Source: Octopus vulgaris
Taxonomy: Eukaryota
DNA: 64,000 nt
Reading direction: 5' to 3'
NCBI GenBank assembly: GCA_951406725.2
Contig: OX597816.1
Coordinates: 165,912,001-165,976,000, forward strand
Shown: in pieces, positions 49,577 through 63,453 of the stretch
Layout of the letters: the number at the start of each line of letters is the position of its first letter
Position numbering within the stretch: position 1 is the stretch's first letter
The notes under the pieces: generated by a model
What the model was told of the DNA's origin: nothing
Seen by the model: only the letters and a program-made list of their open reading frames with translations
The model's database searches: none
Made by a program: the position numbers and the translations under genes

Positions 49577-50215
49577 TATTAAACAGCGCCAACCAAAACA
49601 TGCACTTCACAATGGAATACAACTAAAAGGGCCTCCCGTTCTTGGATATACTAGTTGAAAAAAATAAACCTAAAACTAGAAACGGACATATTTTACAAAA
49701 CTACAGACGCCAAAGAATGTCTGCTATTTAATTCATGCCATCCAGGACACCAAAACAAACACTCACTTCAACCTTGCAAGAAGGATATGCACCATAATGT
49801 CATAAAAAAAATGACAGAGACTTTAGACTGCAAGAACACCTTGATTGACAGACACTACCCAGTTCAACTCATGGAGGATAGAATCAGACGCGCATCACAA
49901 ATCGACATAAAACACAGCAACACACCTTCCCCGAAGATACTGCCGTACATATTCATATACAACCCCAGAAACAAAGAAGCCTTTACTATCATCACCTAAA
50001 ATCTACTAATGCTACATAAGGATCCCAAATTAAAGGAAATTTTACACACTCATAAGATCATTAAAAGCCACAAACAACCGAATTCACCAAAAAAGATCCT
50101 CACAAAGGCAAAATTATTTTCTAAAATAATGGACCAAAAGTGAAAAATATTTGGTCGACCAAATTGCGCAACATGCCCCAACCTTCTAGAAGGATCAGAA
50201 TTCATTTTTAAAGAG
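49577..50215 (+). pseudogene. Penelope-like RT thumb / Zn-knuckle remnant
   Basis: TDIFYKTTDAKECLLFNSCHP, followed downstream by GRPNCATCP. Multiple frameshifts. Confidence 0.75.
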
Positions 50216-50641
50216 GAAGAGAGAGTGACAGACAGAGAACTGTGAAGGGGAGAGGAAAAGATTTGGAGACATGATAAGAGAGAAAAAGAGAGAGAGGGGG
50301 GGGAGAAGGGAGGTAAAAGAAAGGAAGAGAGTAAAGGAAAGAGTAGAAGGATAGAATAGTGGGGAGAAGAGGAAGCAAAAGAACAAGAGAAAGTTAGAGA
50401 GAAAACGACAGAGCAAAAGGATAGAATAGTGGGAGAAGATGCGGTAAAAGAATAGGAGAAAGGTAGAGAGAAAACGAAAGAGTAAAAGGATAGAATAATG
50501 GGAGAAGAGAGAAAAAATAAAGAAAGAAAGAAGGAAAGAAAAGTCGCATCGGAGTTATTAAGATAAATCTTACTTGGAAAAGGATGCGTGGCATTCAATC
50601 ATATAATAATATGAATAATATAAATAATATATATATGTATG

Positions 50642-50699
<58 letters not shown>

Positions 50700-51211
50700 T
50701 ATATACATACGTATATGTACATACTTACATGTTTACATGTTTACGTATATACATATGCCTATGTGGGCACAGGACGTCACAAAACATAAACAACAAATAA
50801 TACGAAGTACGAGGACAAGGAATAAAGGTTCCGGGTTCAGTCCCACTGCGTGGCACCTTGGGCAAGTGTCTTATTCTATAGCCTCGGACCGACCAAAGCC
50901 TTGTGAGTGGATTTGGTAGACGGAAACTGAAAGAAGCCCGTCGTATATATGTATTTACAACATTGTTTATATGTATTCACAACCGATGGTAGTGTATATA
51001 TAAATATATATGCATGTGTGTGTATGTGTGCAAAATGCTCTGTCGTGGTATTTAGCCAATAGTACTGGCATATAAGTCAGTTATGATACATTGGGCAATG
51101 CGTGTGATTTTATTGAAGAGTTGTAGTTGGGTTGAGCTTACAATTAAAAACAGAGCTATACTGTATGAATATAGTTTCGTCTACTTACAGTGGTAAGCTT
51201 ATGTAGGAGTA

Positions 51212-52888
51212 CTAGCAGAGATACCCGGCGTTGCCCGTGTTACATACAATTGAAGAATTAGACTTTTCTGTTATATTTTCTCTAATGAACTGGAATATCT
51301 ATGTTTCGAATTTCATCAAAATTGCAGATGAGGGTTATTTCCCTCTTTATACACCCCCAAAAAATAGTAATCGTACCACATATACCCCATACTACTGATT
51401 TTTATGCGCATATTCCAAAATTCCAGTCTTATTGAACCTGTTAAAAAGAATTTGCTCCTGAAAAGTGAAGGTCATAGAGCTCTAAAATGTGAGAGTTAAG
51501 GCTCCTGTTGGGGGTGGGCATCTTAATGTCAACCAGAGAAGTTGAATTGTTGAGAATCTTTTTAACTTGGGTCTTATATCTATTGTTTGAATTTCTTTGA
51601 AATAGGAAACATATGTTCATTGGGTTTGTAAAAGAGAGCAAAGCTACAGGAAGCCAAAAGACGAATGATCACAATAAGCAGTCAGTTACCCTACTCTAGT
51701 CGTTACCACTCCCTATGTAGCATTCCTCACCATCCAGGTGATAGGCACAGCCGTAAGATGCATTACGAATCTATAACAATTGGAAGGGCGTGACCCAACT
51801 GAAATGAACATTAACAACTGTGTGACGTGAGGGCTAAGGAGAAATGAAAGTTGGAGTTTGCAAATGACCACTATACTGATAAGTAACTGGACAGAATAAA
51901 TACACAATCTATGAAAGTCTTTGAATAACCAGTCACTCATCTGGGAAGGCCTTGAAATCAATGTTACTATGTGGGGACTGTGTGATCCAGTGATAATAAA
52001 AAGACTGAAAAGAGATCTGCAATCAAATAACTTTACTCAACACTTTGCAACTGAATCAGTGAGGCAAAGATGCCTCTCATTTACTTGACAATTTATGCAG
52101 CACATTGCAGAAATCACAATGTAAGTGTATGTCAAAGCAAACTCTTACACTGTTTCACCATTGATTTACAAATAATGCTCATCTACTATGCTCGGATGAC
52201 CCCACAGCTTCCAAGAGTACAACCATTCGTCTTTGCTTAGATAAAATGACAAAATTGTGGGTGTTAAGTCTCCATGGAGGGGTCTTTCTAACTTGTAAGA
52301 AGATGAAATTTTATAAATATTACTTCATTTGTATCTAATATCTTTAGATAAAATTTCATCAACAGCAAAAATATATGAATTGTCATGGGGATTGTGGCCC
52401 TTATGCATAGAATATAATTTCCAAATTTCGTAAAGATCCATTCAGTCCTTTTGACTTAGTTTTGGATCATAAAAGAAATGACTAAAATTTAGGAGTTAAG
52501 GCCCCCATTAGGGTGTCTTAGAATCCTTACGTGAAGTGGAAACTTTGAGAATACTTCTTGATGTGTGTCAATTACCCATGGTTGAAATTTCATCGACATC
52601 GAAAATTTATGTATTTTCATGGGGGTTCTACCCCCTTTAAGCCATCCGAAATTCAAACCAAACATATTGCATTATACCCGCCCTTATGCATTGAATCTAA
52701 GTTTCAAATATCATATGGATCCATTCAGAAATTTTGGTCCATGAAATTGTATGGAACACACAGCATTACCCTTCTCCTTGGGCTTCGATTTTGTGTTCCA
52801 AATTTCATTATGATCGGTGCAGCAGTTTTCGAATGTATAAGTAATACACGAACACATAAAGACATTGTCTTTGATATAATAAATATGA
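51212..52888 (-). mobile_element. Non-autonomous Helitron
   Basis: The minus-strand 3' end CGGGCAACGCCGGG-tatctctg-CTAG|T is at 51212. A plausible 5' end, TCATATTTATTATATC, lies near 52888; the alternative 5' end is 54448. Confidence 0.7.
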
Positions 52889-52945
52889 ATGTACACATAT
52901 ACATACATGTATAAATATATGTGTGTGCGTGTGTGTGTATGTATT

Positions 52946-53041
<96 letters not shown>

Positions 53042-53304
53042 AAGATAAATTGATAGATACAACTGAGTGGGCAAACAAAAATATGAGACACAGCGTAGTG
53101 CTTTTTTATGTTGATAAGCCTGGTACTTATTCTATTAGTTTCTTCTTGTGAAACCAGTAAGTAATGAGGATGTAAATAAACGAACAGCGGTTGTGAAGCA
53201 GTGATGAGGGTGAAACACAGAAACAAAGTCACACACGTACACTTAAATATATACATACATATATATACGATTGATTCCTTTAAGTTTCTGTCAACGAAAT
53301 ATAC

Positions 53305-53335
<31 letters not shown>

Positions 53336-54009
53336 TGTATGTATGTATGTATGTATGTATGTATGTATGTATGCATGTATGTACGTACACACACACACAA
53401 AGATAGATTGTGTGGGCAAACAAAAATATGAGATACTGCCTAGTGGTTTTTTTTTTTTTGATAAGCCTGGTACTTATTCTATCAGTTTCTTCTTGTTAAA
53501 CCAGTAAGTTGTGGGGATGTAAATAAACGAACACCAGTTGTGAGGCAGTGATGAGGGAGAAACACAAAGACACACAGACTTACATATATACATACATATA
53601 TATACGATTGATTTCTTCCAGTTTCTGTCTACAAAATCCACTGACAAGGCTTTGGTTGGTCTGAGGCTATAGCAGAAGACACATGCCAAGTTACCACACA
53701 GTGGGACTGAACTGAGGACCATGTGGTTTAGAACGAAGTTTTTTACCACACAGCCACACCTGCACCTGTGTGTGTGAGTGTGTATGTATGCTTGTATATA
53801 TGTGAATATATATGTGTACATATTACATGTACATCTATATATATATATATATACATCTACACATATACATGTATACATATACATCTATATGTATAGAAAT
53901 AAATGTATACATATACAGCTATACACACATACACGCACACACGCACATTCATAGGTGCAGGTGTGGCTGTGTGGTAACAAACTTCGTTCCAAAACACATG
54001 GTCCTGGGA

Positions 54010-54448
54010 TAAAAATTAAATTTAAAGTAATAAGATTGACAAATTGAATATTAATTTGATTAATATGAATTGAAAACCAGTGGTGTAGCATACACGACCA
54101 TAGCGGATCTTCTAGCAAAACGGATGTCCACTATTAATGGTTCATCCCTCTTATATAATAGTTTGGACTTTAATAGTTTCAGTATTAAAGTGAAAGTATC
54201 TGACATTACAATAGAGAGATGTTTTTGTTTCACTTTTAACACGTAATACTGAAATAGTGGAGAAGATATGATATTGTTGTGGGCTCGCCCTAGGCAAGAA
54301 GTTAGAAGTTTTTTACCCATGACACTACATGGACCCTAAGTAAGGCATGTGTAAGATTTGAATGAAATTGGTTGTATAGTTTTCAAGTTTTAGGGATTCA
54401 CACACAGACAGACAGACAGACAGAGATTCTCAGTTTTATATATATAGA
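54010..54448 (-). mobile_element. Helitron 5' segment
   Basis: Minus-strand A|TCTATATATATAAAACTGAGAATCTCTGTCTGTCTG start, typical of the Helitron 5' ends seen here. No 3' hairpin of its own was found. Confidence 0.55.
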
Positions 54449-55399
54449 TAAAGGAATACATAGGTGGATAAGGCTTCTTTTGGAAATTAACAGGAATTAT
54501 AATACATTCCTCAACTTCACGTTCATCCAACACATTTTTCCTTCCTTGAAAAAAAGAGTCCTGTTCGAAACGTCAATACTAACATCTTTTTACATGACAG
54601 GAATTTATCTAATTTTACGAATTTTATTACCATTTGATTGATGCATCAATCAATAGATTAGTATATGTTAGGGAAAACACTATTACATCGCAAACAGTAT
54701 ATTAGATAAGAATTGAATTGAATAGTGTATAAAAAGCCTTCTATCCATCTTCTCTATCCATTATTCTTGGGAGGGTCGTGAGGGATAGAGTCCTCAGGTA
54801 CCTCCTCCCTGAAGTCCTATCAGAAACAACTGTTATTAAACTTTCCGACTAGATTCCCCAAGCGTGACCAGCAGGCATTATATTTATTATGCAACCATCT
54901 CTATCCCTTGGTCTCTCCCAAAGTTTCCGTCTTGTGATTCTCTCCCGTGACATTCTAATCGCATGTCCTTAGTTGCAGAGCTGTGACTTCACGATGCGGA
55001 GAAGTAGCGTCTCGATCTGGCGAAACTTTCTCATCACCGAGCTATGCACCCTGTCAAGTAACTTTATTCCACAGATCCTTCAAAGGAAACCCCTTTCAGC
55101 CACTTAGATTCATGATAGTACTCTTTTGGTCATTCATGACCATGATGAGGACAGACACGATAATCAAATTGAAGACAAGAAGTTTGGCATTTCTTTTACC
55201 AGCCTCTTCACATCTGAGGATCGAATGCTGCAACTGGCCCAATGTCAGCATCTGCCATCTAAGCATCTAATTTAGTCACTTATTTGCTTACCACTCGTGA
55301 ATATGATAAAAGTACTAATTTATTGACTCTGAGACAAAGAAATTTATTTAATAACTGCTTCGGTTTCGAACTGAGTATCATTGAACAACTAGTTAGATA

Positions 55400-55880
55400 T
55401 ACCTATTTCTTTACTACCCCCAAGGGGCTAAACACAGAGAGGACAAACAAGGACAGACAAACGGATTAAGTCGATTATATCGACCCCAATGCGTAACTGG
55501 TACTTATTTAATCGAGGCGGCGAGCTGGCAGAATCGGTAGCACGCCGGGCGAAATGCTTAGCGGTATTTCGTCTGCCGTTACGTTGTGAGTTCAAATTCC
55601 GCCGAGGTCGACTTTGCCTTTCATCCTTTCGGGGTCGATAAATTAAGTACCAGTTACTCACTGGGGTCGATGTAATCGACTTAATACCTATGTCTGTCCT
55701 TGTTTGTCCCCTCTGTGTTTAGCCCCTTGTGGGTAATAAAGAAATAGGTACTTATTTAATCGACCCCGCAAGGTTGAAAGGCAAAGTCGACCTCGGCGGA
55801 ATTTGAACTCAAAACGTAATGGCAGACGAAATACCGCTAAGCATTTCGCCCGGCGTGCTAACGTTTCTGCCAGCTCGCCA
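55400..55880. mobile_element. SINE-B (+) nested in SINE-B (-)
   Basis: 17-bp TSD GGTACTTATTTAATCGA at 55499-55515 and 55747-55763. Confidence 0.88.
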
Positions 55881-56655
55881 CCCTACAACTAGCCAGATAT
55901 ACCGAAGCATCTAATTCGACATAACGGTAAGTAATATCCGTGACAAGGTTTTCCTCATTTAATACAATCTCAGATTTTATTGGGCAACTTACCTATTGTT
56001 GACTATAAAACCACCAAGAAACACATTTTAATATTATCACAGAAACTAATCACAAACCGAACGTTTAAACAGATGATTCAGGGCATTGGCTTTTGTGTTC
56101 ATTCAGTAAATAATATGGTTAGCATGAGACCAATTAAATAGTATCATTAATGAGTGGTTTGTAATCCCGCAGATAGAAACCAAATGAAATTCCATTATTG
56201 AACGACCAGTCAACGACCTCGCCAGTCAAGTTGGAGATTTACACAGAGAATGAAAAATGTACAAATCAACATGGTGGTGTAGTTATTTGTGTTGCTTGTT
56301 GAACTAAAGTAACATTGTATAAGATTACATTTACTTTATATAAAAGCTAATTTAAACCAAATAGATTTCCTTTGGAAGAAACAATAGACATTAGACATTA
56401 ATAATCACTGACTCAATGGAAATTGCTTATTTTTCTTTATTTTTGTTTCTAGTCACATCACTTTAGATGTATAAGAGAAAACAAATAAAATGTTGTGAGG
56501 CTAATGGGCTCAAAATCATTAACTGAAATTTTAAAACTTTCATAGATGTGGCTTAAATCTTAGTCTGTGACTTTGCTGCTAAAACGCAAATATCCAAACT
56601 ATGTAAAATCAGTTGACACAACGGATTACCCGTAAACAATAAATTACTGATACTA

Positions 56656-57226
56656 AGGCGGCGTAGCCGTATTTCGTCTGATGTTACGTTCTGAGTTCAA
56701 ATTCCGCCGAGGTCGACTTTGCCTTTTATCCTTTCGGGATCGATAAATTAAGTACCAGTTACGCACTGGGGTCGATGTAATCGACTTAATAACTATGTCT
56801 GTCCTTGTTTGTCCCCTCTATGTTTAGATCCTTGTGGGTAGAAAAGAAATAGGTATTTCGTCTGCCGTTACGTTCTGAGTTCAAATTCCGCCGAGGTCGA
56901 CTTTGCCTTTCATACTTTCAGGGTCGATAAATTAAGTACCAGTTATGCACTGGGGTCGATGTAATCGACTTAATCCCTTTGACTGTCCTTGTTTGCCTCT
57001 TCTATGTTTAACCCTTTGTGGGCAGTAAAGAAATAAGAAACGTTAGCACGCTGGGCGGTATTTCGACTGCTTTACGTTCAGAGTTCAAATTTCGCCAATC
57101 TCGACTTTTTCTAGTTGACATAATGAAATTATGGTGTCGATAAATTAAGTACTGGGGTCGATCTAATCGACTGGCCCCCACCTCCCCAAAAATTTCTAGC
57201 CATGTACCTAGAGTAGAAAAGAATAT
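56656..57226 (+). mobile_element. SINE-B trimer with TSD
   Basis: TSD ATTACTGATACTA at 56643-56655 and 57227-57239 encloses three units. Confidence 0.85.
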
Positions 57227-58234
57227 ATTACTGATACTAGTTTCGTTGATCAGTAAGAGATGGCGTGGTCAACACCAGTGGCAATGAAGTTTGTGACTGA
57301 CGTGACAAAAACACAAAGTACTCTCGTCTGTGTTTCTAATCATTATGTCAACTAGAAAAAGATGAAGGAAAAATATTCCTATATCTATTATTTACTGAAA
57401 GAAAGGTAGCTAGGGCACTTACTAAGCTGCCTTGATTGAGAAAGGTCGCTCCTTTTCAAGCTACTAGCAGAAAACAGAAAGTATTGTGCGTCGACAACTC
57501 TCTTTGAAACGTAGTGCCTTCAAACTCTCTTTGTGATGAAAAGGGCTTGTAGATCCCTTGTCTACCATCGTAGGCTGACCTCCTTAGCTTTCACCTCTTT
57601 GTAGTCACTCATATTGGCGGTTTATACTCGAAATTCTCCTCCTCAGCCGATCCCGAATGACCCGTCTAGTTTTACCGCTAGTGTAGCTTTATTCCAAAAC
57701 CAAAAGCTCAGGGGCACCTCACTAACCAGGGATTTTAAAGTTTACGCGCTATTTTTAGATAGTCGTTGACTATACGTTGCTTTTATTTTGAAAGGTATTA
57801 TTTTTGTCTTGCTGGGATTCTAGGCACGCTTTTCCCCAGAGGAATCTGTTAGAGGAGCCGGTTTAGTCCCCTCGTCGACGACCAAATCATCCACGACGTT
57901 TTACATGACTATATTTTACTTTCAATTTTTGGCACAAGATGAGTTGTACCTGTATTTCAAAGGGCCGGCCTTGTCACACTGTGTCACGCTGAATCTTCTT
58001 GAGAACTACGTTAAGGGTACGTGTGTCAGTGGATTGCTCAGTCACTTGCACGTTAATTTCAGGAGCAGGCTGTTCCGTTGATCGTATCAGCTGGGAACCC
58101 CGTCGTTAACCGACGGAGTGCTCCTATTACATATTACAAGTGACATTCTTGAACGACTGACATTAGTATCGCAGCTCTAATTGCACTTTATTATCTTTAA
58201 AAACAAGTCTACATTGATAGAGTTGTCCTAAATG

Positions 58235-58591
58235 CAGGGTGCAGCAGAAGTAACGCTCTTTTGTATTTGAGTTTTCTGGTTTCTGATAGAGTTTCTTTTT
58301 TATTTCTTAAAAAATCTGCGATTTTTTTTCATTAGTTTATTATTCGATTCTTTAAGCAATGCAATAAATTTGGTTTCAATAAAAAAAATTACTTACTCTT
58401 TACTCTTTACTCTTACTTGTTTCAGTCATTTGACTGTGGCCATGCTGGAGCACAGCCTTTAGTCGAGCAAATCAACCCCAGGACTTATTTCTTGTAAGCC
58501 TAGTACTTATTCTATCGGTCCCTTTTGCCGAACCGCTAAGTTACGGGGACGTAAACACACCAGCATCTGTTGTCAAGCGATGTTGGGGGGA

Positions 58592-58638
<47 letters not shown>

Positions 58639-58860
58639 CCATATATACGACAGGCTTCTTTTAATTTCCGTCTACCAAATCCACTCACAAGGCTTTGGTC
58701 GACCCGAGGCTATAGTAGAAGACACTTGCCCAAGGTGCCACGCAGTGGGACTGAACTCGGGACCATGTGGTTCGTAAGCAAGCTACTTACCACATTAAAC
58801 ATTTATATAACTATAAAATTTATTTAATGCAAAAAAAGGCGTTACATCTGTCGCATCCTA
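58235..58860. mobile_element. Old Tc1/mariner-type MITE interrupted by a SINE-A
   Basis: Imperfect TIRs CAGGGTGCAGCAGAAGTAACGC / GCGTTACATCTGTCGCATCCT. Confidence 0.6.
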
Positions 58861-58911
58861 TATATTACATGTGAATAAGGCTGTGATCTGAGAGAATCAC
58901 TACTGCGCCAA

Positions 58912-59550
58912 GGCGGCGAGCTGGCAGAAACGTTAGCACGCTGGGCGAAATGCTTTGCAGTATTTCGTCTGCCGTTACGTTGAGTTCAAGTTCCGCCGAG
59001 ATCGACTTTGCCTTTCATCTTTTCGGAGTCGATAAATTAAGTACCAGTTACGCACTGGGGTCGATGTAATCGACTTAATCCGCTTGTCTGTCCTTGTTTG
59101 TCATCTCTGTGTTTAGCCCCTTGTGGGTAGTAAAGAAATAGGTATTTCGTCCGTCTACTTTCTGAGTTTAAATTCCGCCGAGGTCGACTTTGCCTTTCAT
59201 CATTTCGGGGTCGATAAATTATGTACCAGTTGCGTACAGGAGTCGATCTAATCGACTGGCCCGCTCCACCAAAATTTTGGGCCTTGTGCCTAGAGTAGAA
59301 AAGAATCATTGCTGCGCCAGACAAAATGCTTAGCGGTGTTTCGTCTGCCGCTACGTTCTGAGTTCAAATTTCGCGATGTCGACTTTGCCTTTCATCCTTT
59401 CATAGGTTCTGAGTTCAAGTTCCGCCGAGGCTGGCTTTGCCTTTCGTCCCCACGGGGTCGATAAATTACGTATCAGTTGAACTCTGGGGTCGATATAATC
59501 GACAAGTCCCCTCCCACAAAATTGCTGTCTTGAATCAAAATTTAAAACCA
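58912..59550 (+). mobile_element. SINE-B multimer
   Basis: Three to four consecutive units or partial units. Confidence 0.8.
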
Positions 59551-59719
59551 GTATATTAGGTACAAGTTAAGATGTTTTAAAAAAAAAGATTTCCTAAATA
59601 ATATTTCAATTATTTTTGAGGACTCGTGAGGCATAGAGCTCGTAAAACCGGTCACCCGGTTTCCATGGTAAGATCACAATGTTTCCCCCTGAACAGGACG
59701 CTTGTCTATTGGGGAGGGG

Positions 59720-60180
59720 GGTCAAGGCCAGTAATTTCGAAGGGAGGGGACGAATCTGTTAAGTCGTCCTCAGTACTTGACAGGTACTTTATTTTATCGA
59801 CGCTGAAAGCATGAAGGGCAAAGTTGACCACCGTAGAATTTGAACTCACACTGAAAAAAACTGAAATAAAAGGAGGAGACAAATCTGTTACTTCGTCCTC
59901 TGTACTTGACAGGTACTTTATGTTATCGATGCTGAAAGCATGAAGGGCAAAGTTGACCTCCGCAGGATTTGAACCCACACTGAAAAAAACTGAAAGAAAG
60001 GGAGGGGACAAATCTATTACGTCGTCCTCGGTACTTGACAGGCACTTTATTTTATCGATGCTGTAAGCATGAAGGGCAAAGTTGACCTCCGCAGGATTTG
60101 AACTCACACTGTAAAGAACTGGAAGAAACGTTGCAAACAACTTTTGTCTGACGTTCTAGCGACTCAGCCAGTTCACTGCC
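59720..60180 (-). repeat. ~128-bp x3 tandem repeat of a diverged SINE-B-like core
   Basis: TACTTGACAGG(T/C)ACTTTA...GCATGAAGGGCAAAGTTGACC is repeated three times. Confidence 0.8.
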
Positions 60181-60819
60181 ATAAATATACGTGGTGTGAA
60201 TTAAAAAGGCAATACAGATGCTCACTTTGGAATGATTTTCATTAAAGGTTTGCTAAATCAGGATTAACCTGCAGCTAAACACCAATGAAACTAAATATTA
60301 TGTGACACTCGACCATTTTCGGCCAACTCCGTTTTTGCAATAACAACTATTTTTTCTCTTCTCACAGTAATATTTATTATCTAAAAATACCAGAGAACTC
60401 AATTATACATTGTAAGTCTGTTTCCATAATATAATATCTAAATATGATTCAGACATGATGTGAACGAATCCAGAATCGTTATATCTTCTCCAATAATAAC
60501 GCCAATATTTCTATAAAATCTATCCGGCGTGAGGTATACACGGCTAACCATGAATACGTATAACAGCATTTATGCGACATTTGAATAGTGTTATCCATTT
60601 CTTCGGAATCGAACAGGAAGGTGTAGTAGAAAACTAATAAGTGTCCCCAGTTGTCCTCAAACTTTGATCTAATATATTTTGTACATTATTAAGTTTATAA
60701 CTGGGCGAAAATAGATCGATATGACTGAACGCTGTTTTTGTAAATACTGGAGTAGGAGTGCAAATTAGTACACTGACACACACATAGGTGAACATATATG
60801 TATACATACAATTTTATGA

Positions 60820-61000
60820 TAGATCACTAGCCACTACACATTCTTTATTTTCTCTCCTTGTTTCTTTCTGTGTTCCTTTCTGTGGAAGAGCGTAGGCTTG
60901 AAATGTTACTGACTTTTTCACTTCCCGAGCTTTATACGAATCTGTTTGTTGTCTACACCACCCGTTTTCGTCTTTTGTTTATTTGTGAATTCTCCCTATA
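60820..61000 (+). mobile_element. Family E unit (degenerate motif ~60876-60910)
   Basis: Homologous to the reverse complement of 44718-44905. Core region CUGUGGA-A-GAGCGUAGGCUU-GAAAUGUU. Confidence 0.6.
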
Positions 61001-62259
61001 TATATATATGTGTGTGTGAATAAACGAAAGTGACACTTAAGAAATTTAATTAGAGTTACATATATATATATATTTTTATAAGAGTCTGGCTCCATACGTA
61101 TAACTGTTCCATATGTATGATTTAATGGTTCGTAAGCTCGTACGACGAACCTATCTCATCAGATATCTAGAGAAGAGCTACGGGATTTGAACATTTCAAG
61201 ATGGCTTCTAAATGTTATCGGCCTCTACAGCAAAAACATAACAGGATATTTTCTTCACAAATTATATAACTAAATAATTTATGAATAAGCTCTACTTTTC
61301 TTTTAATTTTCCATCTATATACCTTGTCATATATGTAACTATGGAGACAAAGCAAAAATAATTAGGATCATAATACAAGTTCTCCACGCGGTTTGAATTT
61401 TTTCCTTTTATTTTTGGATATACAAGAATGCTTACGAAGTTTTAAATACTGGTTATTTGTCATACAATTTAAATTTAAATCTTCTTTTAAAAATAATACC
61501 TTTTTCTATGCTTTCACTCTCCATAACACGTGAGACGTACAATTTTGACTTATTTTTAAGTATCACTGAATCTTGTACTTCACATATATTTCTTATTATT
61601 TATATATATTTTGCAGGTCTTGTGCATATAGTAGAAAGAATTATATTTTTCCTTCTTTTGTTTATTTTTTCCCTATATATAAAAATTTTCCTTCAGTTTT
61701 TAACCGTAAAATATTTCCCCTTTCGCGTCCCTTTTTATTTTTTTGTCTGTGCCTAAGTCGACGGCTTTCTTTCATTACTTTGTCCAAACATTGTACCTAT
61801 TATATAACCTCCAGACATTTCACCAATGTCATCGTTTTACTATTTTTTAAATATTTTTCATTATTTATAAATTTTCATATTCGTTTTCTTTTCTTAAATA
61901 CCAGATTTTTCTTACCTTCCCTTTCACTTTACAGTCGCGCCTGCCACATCCTCCTCGCCTCTATGCATTCTTCCTACAAACATTTCGATTGCACCGATGC
62001 ACCATCTTCCCACACCCGCACCATCTCACATCACTATACTCCCATATTTGCACACCTACACGCATCTCTTCACTCCCAATAAACCACACAAATCCCATAT
62101 TACTACACACATACACCATCCTCTCTGCATATCTCTCTACACAGTTACCTTCTTATACATGTACACACCATACCACCGTATCCTTCCTTCCTTACATAAC
62201 CATAGAACCGCATTCCCATCGGGCTTCTAACCATTTTCTATTTCTTTCCAACCGCCTTT

Positions 62260-62352
62260 TCGTATTCCTTGAAGAAATTTGTCTAGATTCCGTTTAAGGA
62301 TGATGGGATCCTTTCCTATTTGATATATTTTGGGACGATGTTAAATAGAGTA
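62260..62352 (-). pseudogene. LINE RT C-terminal remnant
   Basis: LFNIVPKYIK...ILKRNLDKFLQ. Confidence 0.5.
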
Positions 62353-62676
62353 AGGTTTGTTGAGGAAAAGAAACTGTGTTGCAATGTATTTACATATTGT
62401 GATCCTGCATATATGTGTGTATGTATATATTTATATACGTACACACAAACATAAGTGCGTAATCTATGTGCTTGTATTAGTGCTTGTGGAGGTAAGAAGA
62501 TCGGCTTTCAGATTTCAGCGAACGTCCTGCAAATCTCCCTCCAGCCCTATAACCATAAACCAAAATAATTGTGTCGTCATATTTTAGAACGACGGGATAT
62601 TTAGCAACAGTAAAGCCTTTTAGAGTTAAAACCTCTCCCTCTCTCTCTTACTAATCTCTATTTCCCAATATTTATC

Positions 62677-62742
<66 letters not shown>

Positions 62743-63225
62743 AATCTACCTATCTTTCTCTCCCACCCTTCCTTTTATCAATTAGTGACCATTTTGCAAA
62801 ACTACTCTCTAGTAATCTTTGCCAGCCATTCTTATTATATTGCATGTTTGGCGATTCTTGAAAAGTTACCGTCAAGGGAGATCAACATTGATCAATTAAC
62901 TGAAACATCAAAGGCAAATAAATTTGGCAGAGATAATAAATTTCATAAGAAACACAATGTAACGACGATAGTAAGTAGGAAAAAAAGTTTAAATAGCAAC
63001 GAGAACAGAACCGTACTAAAAACAGATAGTGTCTAGGGAAATGCCAAATGGTATCAGAAGACAAAAAAAAATGAATGAAAGCGAACAAAAGCGGTACCAA
63101 TACAATTGCTATAGTTGTGGCTGTCTTCCAGTATTGCTCTAATTATGGTGCCATAAACTTCTAAAAGTGGTGGAGTTGTGGGAAGAAAACGGCGTCCAAA
63201 ATGGTAGACGGTTGTATGGAATGTC

Positions 63226-63453
63226 GGCAAGCTGGCAGAAACGTTAGCGCGCCGGACGAAATGCTGAGCGGTATTTCGTCTGCCGCTACGTTCTGAGTTC
63301 AAATTCCGCCGAGGTCGACTTTGCCTTTCATCCTTTCGGGGTCGATAAATTAAGTACCAGTTACGCACTGGGGTCGATGTAATCGACTTAATACCTATGT
63401 CTGTCCTTGTTTGTCCCCTCTATGTTTAGCCCCTTGTGGGTAATAAAGAAATA
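63226..63453 (+). mobile_element. SINE-B monomer with 16-bp TSD
   Basis: TSD GGTTGTATGGAATGTC at 63210-63225 and 63454-63469. B-box-like GAGTTCAAATTCC and conserved GCCTTTCATCCTTTCGGGGTCGATAAA. Other copies lie near 793, 3775, 36845, 40265 and 43975. Confidence 0.9.

Noticed and set aside
62785-63220. Short ORFs around the SINE-B insertion as host exons
   Set aside because: No recognisable domain, even after removing the SINE and its TSD.
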